NCBI GenBank assembly: GCA_904063045.1
Contig: CAJFCJ010000029.1
Span: 531,778 to 595,777, forward strand
Source: Dimorphilus gyrociliatus
Taxonomy: Eukaryota > Animalia > Annelida
Direction of reading: 5' to 3'
DNA length: 64,000 nucleotides
The notes under the pieces were generated by a model that worked only from the letters and a program-made list of their open reading frames with translations, had not been told where the DNA came from and did no database searches. Made by a program: the position numbers and the translations under genes. The first letter of the stretch is position 1; the number at the start of each line of letters is the position of its first letter. Positions 1-14,100 of the stretch are shown here, one piece after another.

Positions 1-3
1 GAA

Positions 4-4
<1 letters not shown>

Positions 5-34
<30 letters not shown>

Positions 35-212
35 GTAATTATATGTATATCTATATATATGTATAAATATTTCGTTGCAAAACGAATAACTTTTAACGAA
101 TCCGACGCGCCGCACTACTTGGCTCTGGTCAAAAATAACCTATGGTAGAGAGAGAGTAGTCGAACACCGGCGCTACCTAGCTTGTTTGTAAATTCCCAGA
201 TATATATATATA

Positions 213-252
<40 letters not shown>
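5..252. repeat. (TA)n microsatellite tracts
   Basis: Runs of TA at about 5-60 and 200-252. Similar tracts occur at about 2499-2527 and 4125-4195. Confidence 0.9.
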
Positions 253-256
<4 letters not shown>

Positions 257-2495
257 CCCATTTTCTTCTATTCTTCTATCTCTCTATCACCATTGTGTAA
301 AGTTTTTTCATATTTTTTTCTTCCCCTTTTAATTCTCTCTTAGTCTTTCTCTCTTCCATCAAAATTAAGATAATATCCTACATTAATCACTTTTCACTGA
401 GTGTGGACAATAGACTAATGAATGAATATTTTCATCTCTTCCTGACATTTCTAAGAGTAGATTTACATAATGTTTAGATTTTATCCTATGGCCGGAAAGT
501 AAAAACATATAAAATATTCTACTCGTGTTTATATTAAGTCTACATATGCTTCCATCTATTGGAGAAAAATGGAAAGTTCAATCATAGGGGTGACGTTTCG
601 GCACAATCAATGATGTTCGATAAAATTATATATACACTAACGAGTACGAATAAATAATAATCAATGTATGTTGCACATGTCGAAGTGTTTTCCCCTTTTT
701 TTTTGAAAAAAAGACAGAATGGCGCCAATAGGCGAATGATTAATATACAACAACAATAAATTCAGTCAACCCCCGAAGTAGCTGAATAATTAATTAACCG
801 TAGAAACAAGAAGGAAATATATCTTAATTGTCATATTTTCTCTCCAGAAAGCTTCCTTCTTGTTCTAACAAAGAATAGAAGACGGTATTTTTTATGTTGT
901 TCTATAAATTATCGTCTTATTTTTTTTAATATTATTATATACGTCTAGAGTTTAGCATAACTGATGAAAAGGGTAGTGAGAATTTTTCTTTTGGTGTGCA
1001 GGCTTTTTCCTCCTACTTTTGTATAATAGGATAACTATGAAAATGAGTTTGCAGCTGCTCTGCTATCTTCCAACCATCGTTTCATATTTTTCCAATGAAG
1101 ATATAGGTTAACCTCATCAGACTAGGGTATAATTGTTTATTGATTAATTGACACACACAAAAAATGATGCTCCTAGTCTATATGGCTGTTTTACAATAGG
1201 AAATTCAAATGAAAAACAGTACTAAGAGGTTATTGATAGACGTTTTTTATCTCACTATATTTCGGTTATTTTCGCAAACATTACCGATCGTGACAGACGA
1301 AACTGCATAACGGACGCCGGTCGGCCGCAGCGTTACTCACTAGAGACGTCGTATAGGGCAGAGAAATCAATAGTTTTTATTCCGATAGCGCATGCGCCAT
1401 AGTTTGCTGTATGTATTATATAGGCATTCGTTTTTATTTTAAAATGCTAGTCTATTTATTTTTCTTTTCAGATACTAAGACTGACATGCAAATGAACTGG
1501 TACTTTTTCAAATAAATGTGAATTTTCTCTGAAGAATTGTGTCGAATTAAACCCGAAAATAACAACGTTTTTACCATGTGGACAAAATTAGCTCTTATCC
1601 ATAAACATATCCAATTAACATTAAAAACAAGTAAATTAATTTGATCTCTTTTCACTTACAATCGATTTCTTACTACTCTTCTTCTGTTCATATTCACTAT
1701 TTTTCGAATTATCCTCTTTCTCTTCCATCATCACATGCTATAGTCATTGCCTGCGAACTGAAACTATTATGCTAAAACGATAAAAGCGCCACCTCGTTGT
1801 AGACGTCGGATGCGGCGTTCCATCGATTAGTACTCTTATTTTATTATTTTATTACAGTATAATTTCACATGACTCGTCAATAAGGAGTTCCGATGGTTGA
1901 TTAAAGAGGTAAAATATTTATTTTAAGAGCAATATTAAGTCAAATCAAATTTTTATAGCAACCAGCAGTCTAGAAATAACTTGAAAGCAGACAGCAAAAG
2001 AGATATTTATTTATACGTATGTAAGCAGACAGAGGGAAAAGTCATAAAAAAAATTGTGGGAGAGAGACAGAGAGACGTCGACGAAGGCGTCAGGCAAGTC
2101 TATAAAATTTTACAAAAAGAACGTCATTCGACTTTCTATTGGGTTTCGTCAGAAGCAGCGTACGTCGACTAAGTGCAAACAATCGCACCTAATCCATCTA
2201 TCTATCTTTCTTTCATTATTTTTATAACCCTATATTAGATGGAACAAGAGCATTTAAAAAAAAAAGAAACGTGAATAAATGAACGAATAGTTAGTTACCA
2301 AGATAAAAAATTACTGTTCATTTAATTCCTTCTTTTAGTAATTTCTCAAGATTTGAATAAAATATAGGCTAGAGATTCCTCTACTTGAGGGTTTAGATTC
2401 TTGTATATAAATATATATAGTAACACATGTTACACTTTTACCATTTAAATTTCTATTAGAGTATTCATTAAATATACTATCCATACATATATACT

Positions 2496-2533
<38 letters not shown>

Positions 2534-4119
2534 TATATATACATACGTACACACGCAAACATGCAATACACACATATATATGCTTTTATATACTGTATAA
2601 CTTAACTTTAAATCGTATAAAATACCTTTTACTCTTTGTTAATAATGTTAGTTTAAAGTTTACTTGTTCTATATCTGTTCACAGATATATATATTATGCA
2701 TATAAAGTATATGTGATATATATTGTTTCATTTGTTTCGAATTCATAGTTGTCTTCTATTCATTTATTATTCAACTCTAATTTATTTCATACGCTTTAAA
2801 CTCTTCTTCTATTTTAAAATAAACATTTATTAATATGTTTATATACATTAACGATATATATTTATATACTTTAATGTATATTACTTAACCGATAGATGGC
2901 GTAATTTCTTTTAATTGTAATTTATAACGTTTGCTATTGCCATCTATCGGTAAAAAGGTACATCTGCGATAAGTAATGTAGATAGATAAAATTAATATTC
3001 AAGTACTGACTTCATTAGGTTAACGGAAGAAAAATTTATTACGCTTTTTAGACTATTAGTTTCATAAAAGCTATTTTTTTATCAGATTTTCCAGAATCCA
3101 CAAGTGATATCAACATTGTACTGCAAGAGTAGACATATTCAATATTGACGGTATACGCTATCCCGTTTATATTCATATATATATAATTATATGTAAAAAA
3201 TGTATATCTAGAAATAGAATGCCTATCTCCATCTTTTCCTTTAGTTCCTTCTTTCCTAGATAGATTTCATAACTATCTCCTTTCATACCTGAAGAGATTA
3301 CACATCTCATTGAAATCGATTACAGAAATTTTTTGCTACATAGATAGCTCTTTTAAGAGTAAAAACTGTTATATAATCAAAGAATGGTTTGGCATTAGCA
3401 AAAAAAAAATGCTTTAAACTTTACCTAGTAGATAACCATACCCTAGGCGGAGGAGATAAACCGTACAGTATGATTATAGGCCTAGAAAATACTGCGATAT
3501 CCCATCAAAAATTATTCGATACAATTGAATAGGAATAAAAGTATGCTCAATTACAGAAATTGATAAAAATTGATATAAACTATTATGTAGAAATCTATTT
3601 TTACCTCCTCAATGCACTCTGAAAAGTCTTCGTGACGAGCTAAAGGTGATTTTCTCAAAAGTTTCTTCTCAGCTGGAGGAGATACTCCTTTTACTGATAT
3701 ATTCCCTTTTCTTTGACAACTAAAACACAACATAGCGCAATCGGTTAATCCACTTTCAAAAATCTTTTCTCAAACTAATGTTTTCCGGGAGTGTACAGGA
3801 AAGTGAAAGTGCCCGTAAAAACTGCAACGTATGCCGTATACTTATCCTTAGGCCTATTTTACTCCTGTAGAGTATTTACTGCATAGTCTAACGGTAAAAT
3901 ATTTAACCAGGAGGTAAATTTCTAGAATTCTTAATAATTTTTTTAAAGCTTCTACTGTAAAGCCATATATGATAAGATTGTTAAAACGTTTAAGGTTTTT
4001 CCCCCTACTTTAATAGCCTGTTGATCACTGGAGAGCATATATATACTAATATATCCTAATATATTTCGTATAAATATTAAGTTCTCTTAAAATAGGTTTG
4101 CAATCAATACAACACATCG

Positions 4120-4160
<41 letters not shown>

Positions 4161-4497
4161 CGTATATACTCTATATATATATATATATATATATACAGAT
4201 AGAAGGATAGATATGTCTAATGCACACCTTACATTTTATTAAGCATCGCTTCAATTCTTTGTTATGGATTGTGCACTAGTTTACAATTTATTTTGTTAAA
4301 AGAAAGATTTTATTAAAGGTGTGATTTGTATATAGTTAATTTTCACGAGATCATGAAACAAGTAAACACCTGAAGCCTATTATTATGGCAAGTGAACTGG
4401 AAATATACAACTGACGTCATAAGTTGGTCGTCAGATATTTTGCTGCCACCTCATGGGCTAGCACAAGCATTATTGTCGATGTAAAAGTCTAGTAAAG

Positions 4498-5625
4498 ATG
4501 GTTTATGGCAGAGTTAACAATTCATTAAATGATACATCTTATGATGTTAATATTTATAATGAAATAGCTTATGGAATAATTAAATATTTTTTCCCATTTT
4601 CTCTCCTTATTGGAACTTTTGCCAATTGTTTTATCGTTTATATAATGAGAAAGAAGTCGGTGAAGTCATCAGTAAGTGTTTCCATTATTCTTTGTCTTCT
4701 GGCAGTCTCTGACACAACTGTTTTATGGACGTCTGAGTTCCGAAATTGGTCGAGAGTAGCGTTCAATTACGATTTCATCATACAATCGGATATTTCCTGC
4801 AAATTTACAAAATATCTGTTCTACTCGAGTAGTCACTTTTCCAATTGGCTCGTAGCGTCATTTAGTATAGAAAGAATGCTTGTGGTATGGACGCCACTAA
4901 ATGCTTCCAGATTTTGTAGATCAAATAGATTAGCCACTTACTTAGGACTTTTAATTACATGCATTTTTGGATCAAACATCTCCTGGGCTGTTTATAGTCG
5001 TATAAAATTAATTAATGGTTTAGGAAAGGAGTGTGCAACAGAAATCCCTTCTTCAAACTTTATATCATATATTCCCTTAATAAATATGATCTTAACTGTT
5101 GTGATGCCGTTTGCTATTGTACTTATTGGGAACTCGCTGATAATCGTCGGACTAATTCGGGGATCCAACAGAATAGAGGATGGCGATTCTGTCGCTGCAA
5201 GAAATCAGAGAAGAATAACAATTGGATTAGTTGTTACTGCTGCTTCGTGGCTCCTACTAACATTTCCTCAGGCTATAATGGAATATCTTAGACCCCTGAT
5301 ACAAGGCCGTGCTTATTTCTTGTCCCAAACAGTCGGATTTTCTTTATTATATCTAAATCATAGCATCAACTTTTTTATCTATGTTTTAAGTGCAAAAACT
5401 GTAAGAAGAGAATTACAGAAAAGCGTGTTGTGTCGGTTGTGTAATCAAAACATAGGAAGGGAAGAACGCTTGCTTAGAGTTCCCGTAATTCGAAGACGCG
5501 CTGATGTCCGGAAAATAAGAAACCAAGCTGCCTACCCCATGATTCTAACTCAAATGACTGGAATGAGCAAAAGTAACAAGAAAATTTCTTCAAGGTTAAC
5601 ACGAACAATAGATCAAATATGCTAA
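4498..5625 (+). CDS. Intronless rhodopsin-like (class A) GPCR, neuropeptide-receptor-like orphan, 375 aa
   Basis: Seven hydrophobic segments with class A motifs: TM1 IGTFAN, TM2 LAVSD, extracellular Cys (SCKF), TM3 WLVASFSIERM (ER variant of DRY), TM5 MPF, TM6 LLTFP, TM7 NHSINFFIY. This pattern is typical of invertebrate FMRFamide/TRH-receptor-like expansions. The ligand cannot be assigned. Confidence 0.9.
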   Translation: MVYGRVNNSLNDTSYDVNIYNEIAYGIIKYFFPFSLLIGTFANCFIVYIMRKKSVKSSVSVSIILCLLAVSDTTVLWTSEFRNWSRVAFNYDFIIQSDISCKFTKYLFYSSSHFSNWLVASFSIERMLVVWTPLNASRFCRSNRLATYLGLLITCIFGSNISWAVYSRIKLINGLGKECATEIPSSNFISYIPLINMILTVVMPFAIVLIGNSLIIVGLIRGSNRIEDGDSVAARNQRRITIGLVVTAASWLLLTFPQAIMEYLRPLIQGRAYFLSQTVGFSLLYLNHSINFFIYVLSAKTVRRELQKSVLCRLCNQNIGREERLLRVPVIRRRADVRKIRNQAAYPMILTQMTGMSKSNKKISSRLTRTIDQIC

Positions 5626-8600
5626 TAATTGTCTTTAAATTTACTTCTATCTCTGAAAAACTCGATCTGTTCACAAAAAATTAACTGTACTCTTTCATTA
5701 ACCAATCAAGGTTGAAAATGCTTCATATTCAAATCAATAAATTATATTAAAGGAAGAAAGGAGAATCTTTAAATATTAGCTATCTCTTTACACCTCCCCT
5801 ATTCTCCCCCTCCCCTCTCCCTCCTTCCTCCTCCCCTCACTCCCCACCCACTCCCATCCCTCTCTCTCTCTCTCTCTCTCTCACTTTCTCTGTTGCCTCT
5901 GAGTCTTCTGTCTTTCTTTAAAAAATAAATAGCCAAAAATCTCTTCTTAACTAAATAAATAGTACAATTTTTCTTTCACTTTTCCTAATAAGGCACGACT
6001 GTTAAAATACTCCATTTAGCTTGGAAGGAAATAAAACTAAAAAGAGAAAAATTAAGATGAAAATAGATTGCAAAGGTATCCAAGCCTTATCTACTCTTTT
6101 TGAAGGAGTTTTATATGTTATTTTGTGTTTGCCATTAGAGTAGAAAATATAGCAGTCATGAAAACATAAAAGTTAAACTAAATGATAATAGATAAAATAT
6201 TAAAAAAGAAATGATACAAAGAAGAAAAGGCATAGAATGGCAAAATGAAGACAATAGAGAATTTCTGAAGAGATTTTAGACAGTTATAACGTACTCTAGC
6301 TTTCTTCCATTTTATTACAAAAAATATATATACCTTGGTATTACTCGTCCCCATCGGCCATGAGAGTTCGTGATATTTTTATGCGTGGAAATTAGATCGT
6401 TATCGAAAATTAACGTTTGCAAAAATGTCTTTCAGAAAGTTTCTTTGTTGAGTTGCATTTATACAATAAGGAATTTTAATATTCATTATAAAAAGGAAGA
6501 CTAGCCAAATTATAATAAGAGAAAAATAATTAAAATAGTAAGGCTTAACTCATTCTATAGAAAAAGAACATATTGTACCTTAAATATTTAATAGTAAGTT
6601 CTGTACACTTTAAAACATCAACAGTTTTGCATAAAATTAATAAATATAACATTTGATGATATTAGAAAAAATATGGCTTAATAGTGCAGTAGTAGAATGC
6701 TATTAAGTTGAAAACAATAGGAAAGAGACTACTTGTAGACAAATGGAGAAGGTAAGAATGATAGATATAAAGAGTACATAGAAGAAAATAGAGAAATAAC
6801 TAAAAACAAATTGCATAATAATACAAAATAAAGGTAAAAAAAAGAAGAGAAATTTTGTAGTTTTTCCTTTTATTATATAATTAGTTTAATAAGAAAGAAA
6901 AGTTTTTTTTTTAATTAGTTATCTAGAATATATTTTATAAATTGATTTCTTTTCAGATAAATAATCTCTTCCTCCTTCCTCTGGCATGGAAAGACAGTCT
7001 GAAATTCTATCAAGAACAGACTATATTTATCTCTTTTTTCTGCTTTTTACTTATTGATTAGGATTTATTTGATTGATTTTGATACAAATGCTACAATGAT
7101 TGTTATTTATTATGGTAATGAAAGAGTAAAATATAAAAAATTGAATATTCTATATGAAATATGAATGTTGAATATAAGATAATTAAATTTCAAAATATTA
7201 TTAAAAGTATTCTAATAAAAGATTAATAATATTTCTTTAAATATAACGTAAAAAATGACATTTCTCTGCAATTTATATTTGTTTACTTATTAATAATCTA
7301 CTGTTGTTTCCTTTCTTATATTTAAGAAGGCAATATAACAAAAAAAACTTTAAGAAAAAGGAAAAAGATAGACTAACAGTAACATCATAAGGTTTTGGTG
7401 CAAAAGGTTTGATCATATAGGAAAAGAATATCAGAGGCGTAAGCAAAAAGAACGAAAAGGGATGATAATTTATGAGATAAAGTAGTAGCATTACTTGGAA
7501 GAAAAATTTATTCGGTCTTTTATATTTTAAGTAAAAATTTTTTTATATAGGAAAGGAGGTCATAGTCAGCGTTGCTCAGACAGCTCTGCAGACATATATA
7601 TGTAGCTGTCTCTGATCTATAAGGTATATTTCAATATCATCAAAGTATGTAAAAAATATATAAATATCAATTAAAAGGTACGTAGTTCTTCTATTTCCAC
7701 TATTTAAAACTAAAGTATTTACAGAATAACATTTCAATATGGAATCTTTCTAAATGATAACATGTGTAAAATTTTATTTTGACAAACAAGGGATTTCTTT
7801 AGCTAAAAGGTTTAGAAATGCTATTCCTTCCTAAATTCTTCCTATTTTCATAGTCTTCCACTGAACTTGTAGATTTATATAAATCGTTATAAAGATACTC
7901 ATTGTATTGTCAATCAATAACGTGCATATTCCCTTCTTTTTCTTTATAAGCTTTTCGTTACCTGTACCATTTTTTTCTGACATAGGAAAGTTCTGCTGAG
8001 AGTGCTTTGTCGCTTAAACTGAAGATAGGAATACGGAGAGAAAAAGTTGCTTATTTCTATAATTATTCCTTATTTAAGACAGTTTAATTGATAATTTAAA
8101 AAAATATAATTAGTAGGTAAAATATCGGACTAAACAACAAAACATTTAAAGCTAATTAAATTAGGTAATTTAAATAATAATGTCACTTTAGAAATGGAAT
8201 TAGAAATAAGATCTATAATGAAGATTTTGTAAACAGAGCAAAGCAGTGAATTTTGCGACTAAATCATAACTCTTTCACTTAAAGAGTAAGTTGTACTAAA
8301 GGAAATGAAAGAAAGGTTTAACCCTGCCTCTTTGCTCTTAAAGGCCTTTACAGGTTATAAAATGTACAAATATTCTCCACCCTATCTAGTTAAAGAGCTA
8401 AGCATTAAATTTATGTCATAAAAGTCACAGCTCTATATATGGTTTCCTGATTGAAATAAAGAAGATCCTATTGAAACCTCTTAAAACCTAAACGAATGGA
8501 GATTAAATTTAAAGCTGTTTAGAATTTCTACTATTTTTTGCATGTTTTCTATCTTAATTTTTCTAATTGTTTTCGGTGTTTTCTTTCACATTATTAAATT

Positions 8601-9493
8601 ATTAGTAAAGTATACAGGGAAAAAGCACTCATGAATATTTATAATGTAAAAGACTGATTAAAGTAAAGTAATTTGTTTGTTCTATATTTTTTCTTTTCAT
8701 ATTCTCTGTTATTTCATGTACAAGTAATACTCTCTTGTGACACAACTCTGTTAGTTTCTTTTCAAGATTGAGATAATTTTGTAATAGGATTGCTAATAAT
8801 TCATATTACTTCTACATTCATTTATATTTCTTTTATTTCCAGGCCATGTTCTTAGAAAAGTATTTTAAGATTGTTATTGCAGTATTAAATATTGCAAACA
8901 CATATTAATAAACTCTTGTCGGCTGCTAGACATAAATTAAAAGAAAATATTTTTTGGCGAAGGGTTTGGATTAAAGATTACAAGAAAACAAAGTTTGTAA
9001 TCATAGAATCTTACACAACAAATTGACAAGCTACAAGCTTTCCTTTGTCTTTCATCACTGTACTCTCCTTAACCTTTTCAAGTTGTATCCCCTCACCTAG
9101 CTTATACGCTTTTTGTTGTTCATAATCATTCACTTAAATGCATTGCAATCTTATTTTGTCCTCTCATAAGGCTTTCTTAGACAGTTCTCTTTCGTAACTA
9201 AATTATATCTTCAAAGATAACTTCTATCATATACAACGCCATCTAGTTTCTCCTATTTACAGCATGCTGAGTTAAAAATCTATACATAAAAGGCGATAAT
9301 TCTACTTTATAGCTTAAAGTAATTAGAAATTGATTATAGTTTTAATTAAAGTTTGTTGTTTAAGAATGAAGAAAAAACACGACGACAAGAGATTTATTAA
9401 AATTAACAGTCGATAACGCCATCTTGTATGCAAGAAGGGAGAAACAGAGAGAATTTAAAGAAAAATCAGACGGTATAAAAATTATTCTTAGTC

Positions 9494-11148
9494 TTAATTA
9501 TAGCTTGTCAATTCAGAATCGAAAGTCTCCGATCGACTTAAATAATCAGAAGAGGATGAATCTTCATTTGACCTGGCGGATTCGGGCATAGATTTGGATG
9601 TTTTCATTCGATTACTATCCATAACGATGCTCTTTTCGAAATAGCTTTTATATTTGGCTGGTAAACGCCTGGTTGAGGGTGGTTTCGGTCGCCTTGGCTA
9701 AATTGATTATAGAGAAAGCATATTTTATATATTTTTGACACTTGTACAGAGTCTACTCCTAGTTTTTATGCCATATACAGTATTTACAGTATACAGTATA
9801 CTGCCCATTTATGTATTGTTTAAATGCTTATTATATTTTAGACATAATTATAGGGAAATGTTATAAACTGATTTTACTTACAGCTTTTAATAGTGTATGC
9901 TGAGGTAGGTAGCATAGTTCCTCCTCATCTACACTGTGAACTCCTTCATCTTCCGATTCATTTCTAATTTTTCTATTAACTTCCTGAAAGAATTAAGTAT
10001 TGTTTATTTTCATCTTCTCCTCCAATTCCGTACAATCTTATCTTTATAAATTGAATTTACTAAAATTTTGCACCTGTTTTATATTCGACAAACAAATAGG
10101 TTTAGGGAAGGAAAGGGAAATAAAAGTAGTATATTTAATATACAAGCCAATTACATAAATATTGCATTTAGTTGCAAATATATACTCTGTTTATATTACA
10201 TTTAATATATAATATATATCTATATCTACTGTATATATGTATATTACCTTATGATGATTCGGAAATTTCATAAGGTCAGATGTCTGCAATAGCACCACTT
10301 GGTTTTCCATTCTAGTAAAATAAATGAAATCTATTAAATAAATCAATTTGCGTGAAGGTTAAACGTTAATTCATTTTTTTATGGGATTTAAAGGGAAGAT
10401 TTAGAATGTGATGTAAACGTACGAGGACAGAGAAATATATAGATAGATAGAGAGACAGAGAGAGAGATAAAATTGGGATAGACTCTATAAAAAAGATGAT
10501 TCAGTGAGAGGCTATTGCACAAATAGTCTCTGTACATCCGTGAAATGAATGCGTGTATACAATTTGCTCAGTTCTCTTTCGCATTTATTTGCTGCCTCCT
10601 CATTCGATTACATATAAGATTTCTAATGTAATTTACCCTATTCTCTTTGATTTTCCGTTAATAGGGAAAAGATCTATTTCTTAACTATAAACTTACTGCA
10701 ATGAAAACGAATTCTCAATTCTCCTCAAGTGTTCATTATCCGTAAACTCAGTACCAGATTTTTCCCTGGGAGATTTCCTATTTGAGCACCAGAAAACGCA
10801 AGCCGAGGTAATGAGGAGAATAATTACCACACCGATTGACGCTCCGATAATTATACCGAGTGTAACTGGGAAACCAGAGTAGTCTTTCGTTAAGACTCCG
10901 TAATCTCCATATGTCGAATTCTGGACAGTGATGGTGCTCAAAAGTAAAGAATTTTTATCTCCTTCTCCTTCTTTATCGTGGTTTAACTTGGTTTTTGCCT
11001 TTGATATTGTTGGTTTGGCGTCCAGTAGAGTCTTTGTATAATTCGAATTCTCAGTTGAATTCGATATTTCGCCTCGAACTATCTGCAGAATGACTGAGAA
11101 AGTGATTACTAACCAATAAATAGGATTTAAATAAGTATATGTTCCCAT
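9494..11148 (-). CDS. Single-pass type I membrane protein, 273 aa, 4 exons: complement(join(9494..9697,9882..9983,10248..10311,10697..11148))
   Basis: Exon 1 encodes a signal-like YWLVITFSVILQIVRG, an S/T-rich ectodomain and a TM segment (VTLGIIIGASIGVVIILLITSACVFW). Three GT-AG introns, spliced by hand (phases 2,0,0), give one open frame of 822 nt ending ...DSELTSYN*. Confidence 0.7.
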
Positions 11149-14100
11149 GCCGCAAATACTGAAACAGATAAAAAGAAATCCAAATTATATCCCTTTCACT
11201 TTCTCAGCCTTTTCTAATTCTTCTATCCCGAAATCACCTTGCACCTTTCGTGTCTCAAGAGTATTGCCAACTTGACTAAAACCAAAAGAAAACGAGAGGA
11301 GTAGATACTTTTATTCCAAAAATCCTTACTTTCTCATTCTCCTTCTCCTTTCACCAGGTCAATCTTACATTTCAGGTAGTAATAAATACGTTATTGGCTT
11401 AGTTTTATCTTTTGACCAGTATATTTCTTATAGATAGAGCAATTCACCAAACAATTTTTCGTCTGCTTTCGCTGAATATTTCCGCCGGTAGAGTATAGCG
11501 ACACCTATATTTCTATGGAATGGCGATCGTTATTGTTAGAATGGATAAGTGAAGGGATAAATGAACGTTCCTTCTCTTTTCGCGTTTGCCTTTTATCGAT
11601 TTTGTTTAACGAAACGTATACGAAGAGGGTTTTATTTAATATAATTTAATCTGTTGCCCAAGGCTACCACCCATTCCTAGCCATCGTTTCAATATTCAAT
11701 ATGCGATATATTCTATGAGTTATTTTTTCCTAGTTTTCTTTCACTATCATAAATCTGAGCAATATAAAGTGCATACTATATACTGTATATTTATATATAT
11801 ATACTCACACACACACTTGTAATATATCATTCATAAATGCCAGATAAATTTTACAACAACAATAATAATAATAGTAATAAAACTAAAGAATAAAACTTCT
11901 TAATTCATTCTTTGTTGCGACTCTTTTTCCACGTCGCTTCCTATCTTAAAATTCTCTTGATAGCCTTATACATAATGCATATTGTTCGTTTGACTGGGAC
12001 TCCCAAGTTGACTGTTTGTTGTTTGACTAATAACCGCAAGAAAATTTTTAAATAGAGAGAAATTTTCTCTCTTTCTTTTAATATCTTTTGTATATGTTTA
12101 TTTAAAAATATCTTATATATTCAGTGTAACTACTTATAGTATTTACTTTTCTATATAATAAAAAACGTTTGGTGTATTTATATAGTTTCTTTGCAATTAT
12201 TAAACGTTATACGCTTATAATAAACTTTTCTTGCGTGAATTCCTTTTATAGTGAACGTCAAATTAAGAGCGCTTTCTTTCATTCTTATCGAAACCGTTCT
12301 TGTCGTGGAAAATTGATTTTTTCGATAAATCGAATAAAGATACAACGTGTTGTTTCGTGTTCCATTTCTTTCAAGAAATTTCCCCTTTCTCAAATTTGTT
12401 TTTTGGGAAAGGAACATTTTTTTTTGGGGCAATTCGATGGATAACGCTGGTTTCTTCTTTCCTACTCTGAAAACGTACTGAGAGCGTTTAATATCCTAAG
12501 GGAAAAAAGTATAGATAAGATACGGCATTGATAAAAATTCGCAGAGGAAAGTAAGTTCCTTAAGGAAGATACGATCGATTTTTGTAGTAAATTTCGCAGG
12601 ACAAACTTGAAAATGGTGGGTCCTTTTATTTCCGCAAGGGAAAAAGACATTTTTACTTCATTTCTTGATTTTTGATAAGGACAGATTAGCCATAATTTTC
12701 CTTAATGACTTCCATCACACGGCTATGTATTATATATACATTAAACGATGACATGATTTATTAGTAAAAGATCTTTCCATTTATCTCGTAATGTTTTTAC
12801 GAAGCAAAATTGAACGTTTAATTAAGACTTATTTTACGGACGCAGAATCTTACTTACCTGTATAAAATTGATAATTACTAGATCAAAAGTAGTCAGTAAT
12901 TGTAATGAAGAGAACAGTTCAATAGCTTAATTAACTTAATTAGTAATTAGATCTAAAAATAAAGTACACATACAACAATGATAGTGAGCTTCTATTCTTC
13001 AATATGAGTAATGAGGCCAAAATTAAAGAAATTAAGACCCCTGCGACGAAGAGGAGAAGTGATTAGGGAGAGGGAAGGAAGAAGGCAAGGCAACAAAAAA
13101 GCAACAGATCTACGGTTTGTTTGTTTTCGAACACGAGTTTAGGAATTTTCTCAACTACTCATTTGAAAGGGCATAACTATTATCTAGTCTGGTCGGTTAT
13201 GATCTTTATCTTATTCGTAACGTAATAATCTCTTTTGCACCTGGCTCGATAAACGTTAAAAAGAACTTCTTTCATCGAAATCTACTATCGTTAATTATTT
13301 CAATGCATCAGTTGAATGACTATGATTTCCTTTTCCCCGAGCAGAATAGGATTTTTAATACTAAATATGAATTTAGAGCTATTTAATTTTTCATTATAAA
13401 AAAAAGTAAATGCTTATACATGTGTGTTTAAGTGAGAGAGAGAGAGAGAGAGAGAGAAAGAGACAGGGAGAAAGAGAGGAGCAAAAGGGGAGAAAATTCC
13501 ATTTGTCCCAGTGGCTAGAATGGACGTAAATAAGGTCAGTAGCTGCGGGGTGCCCTTGCCTTCAAAACTCTGTTCTATCCTGTTTCAGGAAGTTCCGAGT
13601 GGAATTTAAAAAGGATATCAGCGGAAGTTATGTTTTTATCTGAAAAGCCAATTTTCTTGTAAAGTTTAATTTGAACCCCTATCAAGTATTTTTATTACGC
13701 AAAAGTAACAAAATTTTCCTTTCGTCACTTTTTAAAAATTTTCCTCTATTACATAACAATTTTCTAATTTATCGTTAAATCTCTTTCTACTTAGAAAGAC
13801 GACTATTAATTAATTCTAAATAAAACTATATTTAACCGATAAAAATTGTTACAAAAAAGATAAAGTACATACAAAGACTATTATGAATAAAGTAAAAGAG
13901 AGAAAACAAGATAGAGAAGGATTGATTTAGAAAGTGAAAGAATTGAGCGTGGGCTATACGAAGAGAGAGAGAGAGAGAGAGAGACTTAAATACATACTCT
14001 TTACTTAGAAAGAAATAATCATTTTTTAAAGCTTTCTAATCCTTTAACACCTTCAGTATTGAATTGAAACTATTTTCTATTCTTTTAGGAGAAAATCGAA

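Noticed and set aside
12169-12650. Short overlapping ORFs in AT-rich intergenic DNA (also 1452, 2335, 7273, 15544-17056, 26291)
   Set aside because: Low-complexity F/K/I/L-rich translations typical of non-coding AT-rich sequence.
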